In this document: positions 50,463 to 60,822 of the stretch, piece by piece
How positions within the stretch are numbered: position 1 is the first letter of the stretch
Layout of the letters: every line of letters begins with the position of its first letter
Source: an uncultured Spirochaetota bacterium
GTDB taxonomy: Bacteria > Spirochaetota > Spirochaetia > SZUA-6 > Fen-1364
DNA length: 64,000 bases
Reading direction: 5' to 3'
Assembly (NCBI GenBank): GCA_963845535.1
Contig: CAWJSK010000019.1
Span: 416,001-480,000, forward strand
Notes under the pieces: generated by a model
The model's input: the letters and a program-made list of their open reading frames with translations, nothing else
Database searches by the model: none
Told to the model about the DNA's origin: nothing
Position numbers and translations under genes: made by a program

Positions 50463-51260
50463 ATGTTATACATTATGACAATGGCAGCACGCTCAAAAGC
50501 AGGAGACGGCTTTACTCTAAAAATAGAGGGTCGGACAAGGAAGTTCCCGGTGCAGGAATTGCCTAAGGATTTTGTCGAGTGGAACCTGGGCCAGCGGATC
50601 GTTAATCTGAAAAAGATGCGCGCGGCATTAGAAGGCAAAGAGCACTCGGCAATGGGGGGAGGCGGAGTTGGATCTCACTTACCGGTGTATATCACCCCCA
50701 ATGCAAAAGAGAGCGCGCTTTTCCCCGTAAACGCGGCAACAAAAGGGACTGGATTCGTCGTCAAAGAGGAATACTTGGAGTACTACCTCAAGAAGTTTCG
50801 AACCATCTATGAGCAAACCGTGATTAAGGGCGAGGCGTCTTCCGAAGCAATAGCCGAATCTGCCCGCGCTCGTATCGAAGCCATCCTGGAGTTTTATGAA
50901 GATACCGATAAAATAGATTTTCGCTGCATGGCCGGCTTGGAGATTTGGCCCGGAAGAACGACAGAAAACTTCCATGCCGATCCGCGAGTCTCGATCCACT
51001 TTTTAGGGATGTCGTTGCCAGAGCGGCCCACGCGATACAATCAATGGCAGGTAAATTGCATTTGGGAAAAAATCGAACCCAACGATAGGCGATTTGAGTT
51101 TGGCGTGGCGCTGCGCCGATTAACACTAGGCAATGTGGGGGAATCGTTCGTGCCGGGACATATCCCCACCGAACATACGCCGACGCGAGGCAACTACCCC
51201 TTCGGCTGGATACTCTGGGTGATCGAGACGCTCGACAAAGGCATCGATAACCTCCCGTAA
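50463..51260 (+). CDS. Hypothetical protein, possibly split-barrel flavin-binding (PNPOx-like)
   Basis: Long AT-richer ORF; LEIWPGRTTENFHADPRVSIHF resembles the PNPOx-like T-x2-N-x3-NP motif. Confidence 0.55.
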   Translation: MLYIMTMAARSKAGDGFTLKIEGRTRKFPVQELPKDFVEWNLGQRIVNLKKMRAALEGKEHSAMGGGGVGSHLPVYITPNAKESALFPVNAATKGTGFVVKEEYLEYYLKKFRTIYEQTVIKGEASSEAIAESARARIEAILEFYEDTDKIDFRCMAGLEIWPGRTTENFHADPRVSIHFLGMSLPERPTRYNQWQVNCIWEKIEPNDRRFEFGVALRRLTLGNVGESFVPGHIPTEHTPTRGNYPFGWILWVIETLDKGIDNLP

Positions 51261-51299
51261 TGAACCTTCGGCGTCTGATTGATATCTAGACCGTACTTT

Positions 51300-51437
51300 C
51301 CCCCAGGATCTGGAGGAGTCGGCGATGATGGACGGCCTGTCGCACTACGGGATCTTTTTCCGCATCATCGCTCCCCTGTCCACGGCCATCGCGGTGACGC
51401 TGGCTGTCGCGTTCTTCGTCGCGAACTGGAACAGCTA
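51300..51437 (+). pseudogene. Carbohydrate ABC permease fragment
   Basis: PQDLEESAMMDGLSHYGIFFRIIAPLS...ANWNSY (EAA loop); no N-terminus. Confidence 0.75.
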
Positions 51438-51658
51438 CCTCTTGCTGCGCGTCAAGGGATCGAAGAGAAGGTATACCTCGAGCTCTATATCGATCAGTAT
51501 GGCACCATCGCAAGGTGGTCGTGCTGAAAGATCCTGGCTACGGTTTTGCCGAAGCGGCAATCAAGGCACTCAAGGGGGTGGTAGCAAAGCCGGTGCAGGC
51601 CAACGGGTAACCCGTGGCCGTGCGCTTTCGGTACCCCATCCGCTTCAAGCTGAAATAG
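51438..51658 (+). pseudogene. TonB C-terminal domain remnant
   Basis: PLAARQGIEEKVYLELYIDQYGTI / VVLKDPGYGFAEAAIKAL...ANG*PVAVRFRYPIRFKLK*; one frameshift and one in-frame TAA (51608). Confidence 0.7.
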
Positions 51659-52982
51659 GACTCCCCGCGATGGCCAGCAACTGAAGAGGGTCGCCTTTTC
51701 CTTTGACGCGCGTGGCCGGCAGCGGCTGCACGGGCAGGGATTTCCGCGCCTTCACGTCCAGATTGTCGTACACTGCCCGCGAGACAATGAGGTCCCTCCC
51801 GAAGGTCTTGCACAGGTCCTGGATCCGGGATGCCGTGTTCACGGCGTCTCCAATCACGGAGTATTCCAGAAGGTCGCCTTTTCCAATGTTTCCCGCAATC
51901 ACCTCTCCGCAGTGGACACCCATGCCGATCCCGATCGGCGCAAGATTGTCTGAAAGTCGCCGGGCGTTTATTGCGCTCAATTCCCGTCGCATCCCCAGGG
52001 CCGCTCTGACTGCATTCCCGCTGTCCACGCCGGCCGATGGGGAAGGCCGGGGCGTGCCAAAAGTAGCCAGGATGGCGTCACCGATGAACTTGTCGATGGA
52101 GCCTCCCGTGGCAAAGATCACCCGTGACATGCGTTCCCGGAACTCCGCAAGAAATGCGACAAGCTCATCTGGGGATATCTGCTCGGAAAGCCCGGTGAAA
52201 TCGCGTATGTCCATGAACAGAACGGCCACCTTCTGCCGCCGGCCACGGCGCAGGACCTCGGGGTTTGCTGTGATTTCTTCCACGACCCCCGGGGAAAAGT
52301 ACCGAGAAAGCACAACTTTCTGCTGTTGCGCGTCAGCAAGGCGCCGCACCATGGACACGGCTCTGTAAATGCTATAGATCGTGACAAGGCCAACGATAAT
52401 CACGATCACGGGACGTTTCAGCAGCGCGTCCAGGAGATACAGTTTCCCGCTCATGCGCGCCTCAGGAAAGCTGGTTGTCAGGTCAGCATGGCCGGAGAGG
52501 GCAAGACCGACAAGGAAGTACTGGATGGCGAGCATGAAGCTGATGGTGAGGACAACGGGCTTGATCCTCAACTGGAGGACCTGCAGAATCAGGGGGAAAA
52601 GAAGGATCCAGTAGTTTTCGTTTTTTAATGCGAGCACGTAGTCGGTACGGCCATCAGCCCCTGCGGACTGCATCAGGATCATCGCGAAAATGATCGAGCA
52701 ATCGAGCACGACGATAAGATAGTTGAAGGCCAGGGACCACGCCAGCTCGTGCTTGCGCAAAACGACCGTATTGACAATGGTCACGGTCCAGAACACAAGG
52801 AGCGCGATGATCGACGGCGCCGCGGTGCCGTCCTTGCGGAAAACGAACATCATCACAGTGAGGAGAAGCAGGAAGACATAGCGGAAGCGGTTCGCCATCA
52901 TCATAGCGTTCTCGCTTTCCTTCTCCAATGCGACGCGGACAACCGCCCCAGACGTCCTCTTCCCTGACCCAGCATCCTCCAT
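51645..52982 (-). CDS. Membrane-bound class III adenylate/guanylate cyclase
   Basis: LSRYFSP, FMDIRDFT, KFIGDAILA, IGDAVNTASR; several TMs. Confidence 0.9.
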   Translation of the reverse strand: MEDAGSGKRTSGAVVRVALEKESENAMMMANRFRYVFLLLLTVMMFVFRKDGTAAPSIIALLVFWTVTIVNTVVLRKHELAWSLAFNYLIVVLDCSIIFAMILMQSAGADGRTDYVLALKNENYWILLFPLILQVLQLRIKPVVLTISFMLAIQYFLVGLALSGHADLTTSFPEARMSGKLYLLDALLKRPVIVIIVGLVTIYSIYRAVSMVRRLADAQQQKVVLSRYFSPGVVEEITANPEVLRRGRRQKVAVLFMDIRDFTGLSEQISPDELVAFLAEFRERMSRVIFATGGSIDKFIGDAILATFGTPRPSPSAGVDSGNAVRAALGMRRELSAINARRLSDNLAPIGIGMGVHCGEVIAGNIGKGDLLEYSVIGDAVNTASRIQDLCKTFGRDLIVSRAVYDNLDVKARKSLPVQPLPATRVKGKGDPLQLLAIAGSPISA

Positions 52983-53007
52983 TTTTTCCTCTGACCTGAT
53001 GCTCTGC

Positions 53008-53682
53008 TCACGCCCCACGGGTCGCCTTGAAGTACAGCAGCGTGCCGTTTTTGAGCTCCTGCGCCGAGAAAGAGAACCCATGAGACTTGAAAGCCTCTGA
53101 AAGCTGCTTTTCAGAACGCAGCTCGCCACGGAAGCTTGTGCCGCGACGGTTGCGCTCCGGCACCGGAATGCTGCAGATGAAGCTGCCGCCTGGCTTCAAG
53201 ACGCGCCTGAGCTCCCCAAGAACTTTTTCGAGGGAGGTAAAGAAATTTAACGACAAGTTGCAAACCGCAACGTCGAAGCTATCCGAGGCAAAAGGCAGAT
53301 CCTCGGCCGCACAGGCGTACAGCTCGAAGGATGCGATGCGCGCTTTTTCAAATTTCCTCTTCGCCAGCCTGAGAAGCCCCTCACTCACGTCGATCCCGAA
53401 ATAGCGATTGTCGGGAGGCAACACTTCGGCGAGATTCCCGCTGCCGGTCGCAAGCTCAAGCACATCGGTCCGATGGAATCCGCAGAGCTGCGATCGCAGG
53501 AACTCCAGGTGCTTTTCGTATGAAGCTTCGAACTTCTTGGGGAACATCGATCCGGTCATGATGGGGTCATAGAGAAACGCTATCAGATCGCCCATCCATG
53601 GCTTCGGACTCTTCTCGTCCCCCGAACGGTGGACGCGGCCGATACCACCTCTATGTTCGATGCTAACTCCCTCTTTCAGCAT
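53008..53682 (-). CDS. Class I SAM-dependent methyltransferase
   Basis: VLELATGSG, AEDLPF...FD, RVLKPGG. Confidence 0.88.
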   Translation of the reverse strand: MLKEGVSIEHRGGIGRVHRSGDEKSPKPWMGDLIAFLYDPIMTGSMFPKKFEASYEKHLEFLRSQLCGFHRTDVLELATGSGNLAEVLPPDNRYFGIDVSEGLLRLAKRKFEKARIASFELYACAAEDLPFASDSFDVAVCNLSLNFFTSLEKVLGELRRVLKPGGSFICSIPVPERNRRGTSFRGELRSEKQLSEAFKSHGFSFSAQELKNGTLLYFKATRGA

Positions 53683-53778
53683 GTTTTCTCCTTTCGTTTC
53701 TCCGCCTTCAAAGCACATGACGTACGAGGTTGTTTCTTATTGCATCGAGTGCGTTTTGCGACGGTAATCAATTGTTGA

Positions 53779-53995
<217 letters not shown>

Positions 53996-54041
53996 AGGAC
54001 GCGCTCTTCAAGGCTTCGGCTTGAAGTACGAGAGATCCGTG

Positions 54042-56075
54042 CTAGTCTTCCCGTACTACCGCCACCCCGAGAGCCTCAAGTTCCAGCACGCCGTGCACCG
54101 TGGCGCCCGTTGTCATTTCACGTCCACTTTGAACCAGATGCACGGATTTCTTTGAGGTATCATGGTTCAGATAGAAACGGTAGGTTGCATGGTCGGTGCG
54201 CCGAACGCAGATTTCAACACCAGGGTCCAGGTCCTCGACAGTTGGGATTCCGGCTTCGTGGAGCGCCGGCCGGAGAAACGCTCGAAGCCCTCCCCTGTCG
54301 AGATAGGTGCCCAAGTAGAACGAAGCGCCCCGACCGAACGAGTTCCGCAGCGCGGCCGCGGTGCCCGAATAGTAGCGGCCTGAATAGGTAAGGAGCACTG
54401 AGGCTCCAGCGTCCGGCGTGACCAGCTCGGCAAGGTGCGCGGCGGGAAATCGTGCCCCGTTGGCAGAAATCACTTCAACGGGCTCAGTGGCCAGGTAGGA
54501 GAAGGTATCATAGTCTTCAACCCGGCCGCCTACGATATGGCGCAGGCCTGCAGGAAGCTGTTCCTCGTGTACCGCATTTTCCTCGTCCTTGACACTGCTT
54601 CGCGCGCCGATCACTGCGATGCCTCCCGCCTGGATATATTCCTGCAGCTTGTCGGCAAACTGGGGGCTGGACACGTGTTGTGCCGGAAGGATGAGCAGCT
54701 TATAGGAACCGAAGTCTCCGTCGGCAGAGACGATATCGGCCACTATTCCCAGGCGCGACAGCGCCGTTGCGTAGTCGTTCGCGAGCTGGTAATAGGAAAT
54801 CCCCTCCATGCTATGAGGCTGTATCTCGAGCGCCCACAAGCTGTCGTAATCATAGAGAATCGCAACATCGGTTGGGACGTGGCTTCCCGCGAGCTCCGAG
54901 CTGAGCGATCTCACTTCGGAGGCAAGCTGCGTGAGCTCCTGGTAGCGATATCCCGGCTGTCCATGGTGAGGCAGGATCCCGTGCCAATATTGCTCGGTGC
55001 CGAAACGGGCGGTGCGCCAACGGAAGAAACTGACGTAATCAGCCCCGTGCGCGATGGCTTGGTAAGCCCAGATTTTCATCCGGCCGGGTTCTGGAGTAGA
55101 ATAGAACCGATCCCAGCCTCCCGGCCCCGACGCTTGCTCCATGACCCATACGTTGCGGCTTTTCAAGCCGCGCATGAGATCGTGGGGCAAGGGAGACGGC
55201 GGCTGATGAGCGGTTTGCGGTTGGAAAAACGGGTAGTTGTCCCACGATACCACGTCGAGGTCACGCGCCAGGTCGAAGTAGTTGATGTCGGTGAACGCGC
55301 CCATCAGATTGTGCGTGACAGGTCGTGACGGGCTGCTGGCCCGGATGATATCTGCAAGTTCGCGATTGAATGAGACCTGGACATCGGAAGAAAACCTGAA
55401 AAAGTCGAGCAGGAGTCCGGGATTTTGTCCGGCCATGCCCCTTCGATCAGCGGTGTCGCGGGGCAGTGAGATTTCGGAGAAGTCATTGTATTGCTGGCTC
55501 CAGAATGCCGTACCCCATGCCTCGTTAAGGCGGCCGATGTCTTTGAATCGACGCGACAGCCATGATTGAAAGGCGCGCTCGCAATGGGCGCAATAGCATC
55601 TGGCGGTTCCGTGGCATCCGAGCTCGTTGTCCGTTTGCCATGCAACCACGCCCGGATGGCACCCGAAATGCTTCGTAACAATCTCGGTGATCTCGAGGGC
55701 ATGCCGACGGTAGCCAGGATGATTCTTGCAGGCATCCTGGCGCTGACCGAACTCTTTGATCTGTCCGTTGCTCTTGATCTGGTGGATGTCCGGAAACTTC
55801 CGGTGCAGCCAGGCCGGATACGTAGGCGTCGGTGTGCAGAGGATGGCTGAAAGCTTATGATGAGCCAGCACTGCAAGGACGCGCTCGAGCCAACCGAACT
55901 CAAGCCTTCCTTCGACTGGTTCGAACATGTGCCAGGCGAACTCCGCAAGGCGGACCGTCGCAATGCCGGCTCGTACCATGAGCTCTGCATCAACCTCCCA
56001 GCGGGTTTCCGGCCACTGCTCGGGGTAATACGCTACGCCGAGATGAAGGCGTGGACCGTCACTGGCCTTTGTCAT
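54042..56075 (-). CDS. Beta-galactosidase, GH42
   Basis: GVAYYPEQW, AEFAW, WQTDNE (acid/base), MEQ (nucleophile), EQYWHG, Cys Zn cluster. Confidence 0.93.
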   Translation of the reverse strand: MTKASDGPRLHLGVAYYPEQWPETRWEVDAELMVRAGIATVRLAEFAWHMFEPVEGRLEFGWLERVLAVLAHHKLSAILCTPTPTYPAWLHRKFPDIHQIKSNGQIKEFGQRQDACKNHPGYRRHALEITEIVTKHFGCHPGVVAWQTDNELGCHGTARCYCAHCERAFQSWLSRRFKDIGRLNEAWGTAFWSQQYNDFSEISLPRDTADRRGMAGQNPGLLLDFFRFSSDVQVSFNRELADIIRASSPSRPVTHNLMGAFTDINYFDLARDLDVVSWDNYPFFQPQTAHQPPSPLPHDLMRGLKSRNVWVMEQASGPGGWDRFYSTPEPGRMKIWAYQAIAHGADYVSFFRWRTARFGTEQYWHGILPHHGQPGYRYQELTQLASEVRSLSSELAGSHVPTDVAILYDYDSLWALEIQPHSMEGISYYQLANDYATALSRLGIVADIVSADGDFGSYKLLILPAQHVSSPQFADKLQEYIQAGGIAVIGARSSVKDEENAVHEEQLPAGLRHIVGGRVEDYDTFSYLATEPVEVISANGARFPAAHLAELVTPDAGASVLLTYSGRYYSGTAAALRNSFGRGASFYLGTYLDRGGLRAFLRPALHEAGIPTVEDLDPGVEICVRRTDHATYRFYLNHDTSKKSVHLVQSGREMTTGATVHGVLELEALGVAVVRED

Positions 56076-56141
56076 GATGTGCCGCCTCCCTCGATCGTTC
56101 TTTCATACCCATCTGTGGACGGTGCGCACCGTGTGGTGCGG

Positions 56142-57053
56142 TCACGCCTTTATGCTCCCTGTGGCAATTCCTGCCGCGATATGTTTCCGCAAGAACGGGA
56201 ACAGAATAGCCATCGGCAGGACTGAAAGCGCTGAGCCGAGGATTATCAGCGGATAAGGAGGAATGCCGGTGGCCGGATTGATGAGCTTGGAAACCCACAT
56301 TTGGAGCCCCAGAGTGGCGGGAAAGAGTCTGGAGCTGCTCAAGACCAGAAGGGGCAGAAAGAAATTGTTCCACGAGGATATGAAGCTTATCAGGAACAGG
56401 GTAACGAGCCCCGGGCTTATGATGGGAATTGCAATACGCCTGAAGATCTGGTAGTCGCTGGCTCCGTCGATCCGCCCGGAATCGATGAGCTCGTTCGGCA
56501 TGGTTTCTCCCACGTAGACGTTCATGAAATACACTCCGAAGGGACTGGCAAGCAGCGGGAGGATGACCGCCACGTAGGTATCCATCAATCCAAGGCTCTT
56601 TATCAGCAGAAAGACAGGAATCGTGAGCGTCGCCGCAGGAAGCAAGAGCGCCACGAGCACCATGAACCTGACTGCATCCCGCAGCTTGAACTGGTATTTT
56701 GACAGTGCGTAGCCTGCCAGCGCGCTGATCAGAGTCCCCAGTCCAGCGGTCACGGTGGAATAGATGATCGAGTTGAGATACCACCGCCAATAAGCTCCCC
56801 CTTCTTTCTGACCCAGCTCCCGCAGATTGGTTACGAGGCCAGAGAGAGACGACGGAGCGAACATGGGGGTGTTGAAGAGCTGGTCGGTTGACTTTGACGT
56901 CGAAACCAGGAGCCAGAAGAGTGGAAGGATGAAGTACATCGCAAGCAGGCTCATGGGGAAGAGAATAAGAACCCCAATGACAACCCGACGGCGGGCATAC
57001 GAGCGGCCGTGGTACAACCGCTGCAAAGCGGAGGAGCCGACTGGGGTGTTCAT
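56142..57053 (-). CDS. Carbohydrate ABC permease (MalG-like)
   Basis: ELIDSGRIDGA, SWNNFFLP. Confidence 0.92.
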   Translation of the reverse strand: MNTPVGSSALQRLYHGRSYARRRVVIGVLILFPMSLLAMYFILPLFWLLVSTSKSTDQLFNTPMFAPSSLSGLVTNLRELGQKEGGAYWRWYLNSIIYSTVTAGLGTLISALAGYALSKYQFKLRDAVRFMVLVALLLPAATLTIPVFLLIKSLGLMDTYVAVILPLLASPFGVYFMNVYVGETMPNELIDSGRIDGASDYQIFRRIAIPIISPGLVTLFLISFISSWNNFFLPLLVLSSSRLFPATLGLQMWVSKLINPATGIPPYPLIILGSALSVLPMAILFPFLRKHIAAGIATGSIKA

Positions 57054-57979
57054 TTTGTCACCCCTCGCGCGTCATAGCTGCCATTCCTGCGACGCGCCAT
57101 CCGTTGTTCCCCCGAGGTCAGGTACAGGAAGAGCAGCGACGCGCACAGCGTAACGAACGCCAGGAAGAATGACAGAGTCGCCGAATAATGAAAATTGTAA
57201 TACGCGAAGGCCATGTTGTATATGTACACATTGGGCGTAAAGTCTGAAGGGACGGCGGTGAGGCTCGACAGGATGAAGGGCTCATTGAAGAGCTGAAAGG
57301 TACCTATTATCGAGAGAATCCAGGTGAATATGATCACCGGTCGAATGAGGGGCAGCTTTATCCGAATAGCGGTCTGAAACTCGTTGCAGCCATCTATCTT
57401 GGCGGCATCGTAGAGCTCGAGCGGCAAGGATGTCAGTCCCGCAAAGTACAGGGTCATGTTGTATCCTGTCCATTCCCAGGTCACGATGTTTACGATGCTG
57501 AAAAGGAGGTTGCTCTGGGAGAGGAGGTCGGGTGGTTTGCCATGACGAAAGATGCCGAGCACGGCAAGCAGGGGGTTGAGTTGCGGCGAATACAGAAAGC
57601 CCCACATGAGAGCAGCAATGACGCCAGGGACCGCATAGGGGAGAAAGTAAAGGAGGCGGAAGGTGGCCCTGGCTTTGATGATTGGACTGTCAAGCAACAG
57701 CGCAAGGGCAAGGGCAAGAATCAGCATGATCAGAAGTTGCATGACGCCAAATCGGGCCACGGTGAGGATCGAAGACCAGAAAGATCCGTCCTTGAATGCC
57801 GTAATGTAGTTGGCAAATCCAACAAAGGTGCCGCGCCCCGTACGGCCCGCGTACAGGCTGAGGCGGAAGGCGTAGAGCAGCGGATAGATGAAAAAGCCGA
57901 AAAAGAGAACGAGAAAAGGCGCGAGCATTATATAAGGTACGGCTCGGGAACTCCAAGAGCGCTGGCTGACGATCATCAT
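57050..57979 (-). CDS. Carbohydrate ABC permease (MalF-like)
   Basis: FVGFANY, WEWTGYN, ELYDAAKIDG. Confidence 0.92.
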   Translation of the reverse strand: MMIVSQRSWSSRAVPYIMLAPFLVLFFGFFIYPLLYAFRLSLYAGRTGRGTFVGFANYITAFKDGSFWSSILTVARFGVMQLLIMLILALALALLLDSPIIKARATFRLLYFLPYAVPGVIAALMWGFLYSPQLNPLLAVLGIFRHGKPPDLLSQSNLLFSIVNIVTWEWTGYNMTLYFAGLTSLPLELYDAAKIDGCNEFQTAIRIKLPLIRPVIIFTWILSIIGTFQLFNEPFILSSLTAVPSDFTPNVYIYNMAFAYYNFHYSATLSFFLAFVTLCASLLFLYLTSGEQRMARRRNGSYDARGVTK

Positions 57980-58087
57980 CAACTCCTGCAAACTAGACCC
58001 GCGTCGCTTCCCAACGAAAGGGAAAGGGCCCTGATCAAGGGATCAGATCAGGGCCATGCATAAGCAACGGCAGACTCGCGAAATCAG

Positions 58088-59464
58088 TTAGTCAGCGACC
58101 TTGAATCCCTGGCTTCGCGCAAAACCCACTACCTTGTCTTGAAGGTTCTGCAGGGCCTGGTCGGTTGTGATCTTGCCGCTAAACAGATTGGTAAACTGTA
58201 CCTGCATCTCGTTGTACACATAGCTCGTCCACGGGCTCCATTCGAAGCTCTTGTCGACCCATGGCATCATCTTCGTGAAAATCGAGTTTGCAGTCTGGCC
58301 ACCAAGGAACGCATTCGGGCCGGCGAAGCTTGGCAGCTTGCCGGAGCTCACCTGAGCAGTGAAGAGCCCGGATCCTCCCTGGCCGATGTCGGTGGACAGG
58401 ACGGCGACAGCGTCTTTGTGCGTGTTGATCCATGCTGCAAAGAGAGCGGAAGCTTCGGGATATTTGGTCTGCGTGGTAACAGCATCCGTCGATCCTCCCC
58501 AGTTGCTGTCCACCTTGTCCCCCATGTTCCACTGCGGCATCTCGGCGACGCGCCACTGTTGCGTTGTTCCCTTCTCCATGTAGGGCTCGATCTCATAGGT
58601 TGGGGACCAGGCTGCGCCAATCACGGCGGCATAGGCTCCCTGACCGAGATTATGGCTCCATTCCGGCGTCCAGGCGTTGGCTACCTGCACATATCCCTTT
58701 TTGACAAGCCCTAGCCAGTAATTCATGACCTTCTTGGCTGCTTCGCTCGTGAAATTGATCTTCCAGCCGTTCGGCGTGTTCTTGAATGGGAAAACTCCGC
58801 CCTGCCACAGCAGTCCGTTGATCTCGCCCTGGTCGTTCACGGCAATGAAGGTCAGGTATTTTGTCGGGTCGGCCTGATGAAGAAGCGCTCCGGCGCGTTC
58901 GAATTCCGCCCATGTCCTCGGAACCCGGATATGATGCTTGTCGAACAGATCCTTTCGGTAAATCAGCCCTTCTGGTCCGGCGTCCTGAGGGATTGCATAG
59001 AGTTTCCCGTTCAAGAAAACCTGGTTCCACGTCCACTCGGGAAAAAGCGGCTTGGTGTCGCCAACGTACTGTGAGATATCCATGAGACCGCTGGTCTCAA
59101 CGAACTGCGGCAGGGCTTGAAACTCCACCTGCACGACGTCCGGAGCGCCGCTGCCTGCCTGTATTGCGGTAGCGAGCTTTGTGTATTCGGGCTGCCCCTG
59201 TCCAACGCTCTTCAGGTCGACCTGAATGCTCGGAAAGGCCTTCTGAAACAGAGGTACGAGCTTGTCCGCGTTCGCTATCCATGTCCAGACAGTAATCGAG
59301 GCTGGTGTGGAGAGCTCCGGCCACACTGGTTCGCTATAGCCGCTCGCATCAGTGTTGATTTTGAGCTTCATTGCCTGGGCGGATGCGGCTTGGCCCACCG
59401 CCAATAGGAGCAAACAGCCTATGGCAACAAAAAGCACCGTAGAAAGGACTGTTCTGGTTCTCAT
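58088..59464 (-). CDS. Carbohydrate ABC substrate-binding protein
   Basis: Signal peptide, GSGAPDVVQVE, YAIPQD, YRKDLF, WGGS. Confidence 0.92.
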   Translation of the reverse strand: MRTRTVLSTVLFVAIGCLLLLAVGQAASAQAMKLKINTDASGYSEPVWPELSTPASITVWTWIANADKLVPLFQKAFPSIQVDLKSVGQGQPEYTKLATAIQAGSGAPDVVQVEFQALPQFVETSGLMDISQYVGDTKPLFPEWTWNQVFLNGKLYAIPQDAGPEGLIYRKDLFDKHHIRVPRTWAEFERAGALLHQADPTKYLTFIAVNDQGEINGLLWQGGVFPFKNTPNGWKINFTSEAAKKVMNYWLGLVKKGYVQVANAWTPEWSHNLGQGAYAAVIGAAWSPTYEIEPYMEKGTTQQWRVAEMPQWNMGDKVDSNWGGSTDAVTTQTKYPEASALFAAWINTHKDAVAVLSTDIGQGGSGLFTAQVSSGKLPSFAGPNAFLGGQTANSIFTKMMPWVDKSFEWSPWTSYVYNEMQVQFTNLFSGKITTDQALQNLQDKVVGFARSQGFKVAD

Positions 59465-59477
59465 GCCATTCCTCCTC

Positions 59478-59596
59478 ATATTGGTATATGATATTGGTAT
59501 ATGTCCGAGCGATAATACCACCTCCATAGATATTGTCAAGCAAAAAGTTGCCAACTTGACAGTCACAGGATTGAAAGCTATAAAGCTATACCAATA
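59478..59596. promoter_or_regulatory. Divergent sigma70 promoters with repeated TATTGGTATA boxes
   Basis: + strand TTGACA(59556)-N17-TATAAA; - strand TTGACA(59539)-N16-TATTAT with extended TG; boxes at 59479, 59492 and inverted at 59587. Confidence 0.7.
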
Positions 59597-59616
59597 GGCT
59601 ATTCTATCTGGTCAAT

Positions 59617-60744
59617 ATGATGACGAAGTACAAACGCGTTCAGGAATGGATACTCGAAGCACTCGAAAGCGGGAAGTTCAAGGCTGGCGATTTGCTTCCC
59701 TCGGAGGGCGAACTGTGCGAGTTGCTTTCAGTCGGGCGGAACTCGGTTCGCACCGCCCTGAGCAATCTCTCCCACGCGGGGATTGTCGACACAAAGAAAG
59801 GCGTCGGGACTTTCTGCGTTGGGGCGCGTAAGAGCGGTACGATGACGGTGGGTTTCGTTTCCCTGTACTCGCAGGAGTATATCTTTCCTCGAATCGTGCA
59901 GGGCTGCAACAACACACTGTCGAAGAACGGCTACCACCTTGTCCTGTCCGAGTCTATGGAAGATACGAAAGTCGAGCGCGATGTTTTGACAAAGCTATGG
60001 AATCTGAAAGTTGACGGCATTATCCTCCAGCCGGCGTACGATGGTCGGGATCCGATGAACCTGGATCTGCTACGAGATATTCAGCTTTCCGGCATCCCGA
60101 TCATGCTGATCGACAATTTTTATCCCGGCCATCAGTTCAACGCCGTCGTGATGAACGACCGCGCCGGCGGCAGGCTGGCAGCATCCTATCTCTGGCAACG
60201 AGGTCACCGTCGAATCGGTATCGTCTATCATAAGAACTACTACCCGAAGATACTGCGAATGCAGGGAGCGCTCGAGTTCCTTCGGGAGGCCGGACAGACG
60301 GCGGCGGAAGATTGGATCATCGGCTATGACAGGAAGAAGAACGCTGGCGATATCAAGGATCAAATCTCCGAGAGTTTCGCGGAGGCGGCGAAAAGAGGCC
60401 GGCCTTTTCCGACCGCTTTCGTGTGCACGAATGATCAGGAAGCAATGGAGCTCATCCGTGTGGGACGCGACTATCGACTCGCTTTTCCTCGAGACCTGTC
60501 AGTCGTGAGCTTTGACAATTCTGCGCTCGCAGATCTTCCGGACCTGCCGCTGACATCAATCAATCATCCAAGCCAATACATGGGGGCCACGGCGGCGAAC
60601 CTGCTGCTCGAAAAAGTCAGGGACGGGGGGATTCGTACGAGCACTGTCACCATCATTGAACCGGAGCTGATCGAACGCAATTCGGTCACCGACCTGAGGG
60701 ATCGGACTTTCCCAGTCGATCGACTCGGCGAAGGTAGAGCATGA
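59617..60744 (+). CDS. AraR-type regulator (GntR HTH + LacI sugar-binding domain)
   Basis: LPSEGEL...VGRNSVRTAL, YIFPRIVQG, CTNDQ, VVSFDN. Confidence 0.92.
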   Translation: MMTKYKRVQEWILEALESGKFKAGDLLPSEGELCELLSVGRNSVRTALSNLSHAGIVDTKKGVGTFCVGARKSGTMTVGFVSLYSQEYIFPRIVQGCNNTLSKNGYHLVLSESMEDTKVERDVLTKLWNLKVDGIILQPAYDGRDPMNLDLLRDIQLSGIPIMLIDNFYPGHQFNAVVMNDRAGGRLAASYLWQRGHRRIGIVYHKNYYPKILRMQGALEFLREAGQTAAEDWIIGYDRKKNAGDIKDQISESFAEAAKRGRPFPTAFVCTNDQEAMELIRVGRDYRLAFPRDLSVVSFDNSALADLPDLPLTSINHPSQYMGATAANLLLEKVRDGGIRTSTVTIIEPELIERNSVTDLRDRTFPVDRLGEGRA

Positions 60745-60822
60745 GTTTCGCATCCGTATCCCGCGGAAAAACGCGCGTCGTGTTGCGTGCAAGCTGCCTG
60801 TTGGCGCCCAGGATCAGCATCT

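Noticed and set aside
58026..58056. GGCCCTGATC/GATCAGGGCC hairpin as a novel RNA
   Set aside because: An ordinary stabilising stem-loop after an ABC binding-protein gene.
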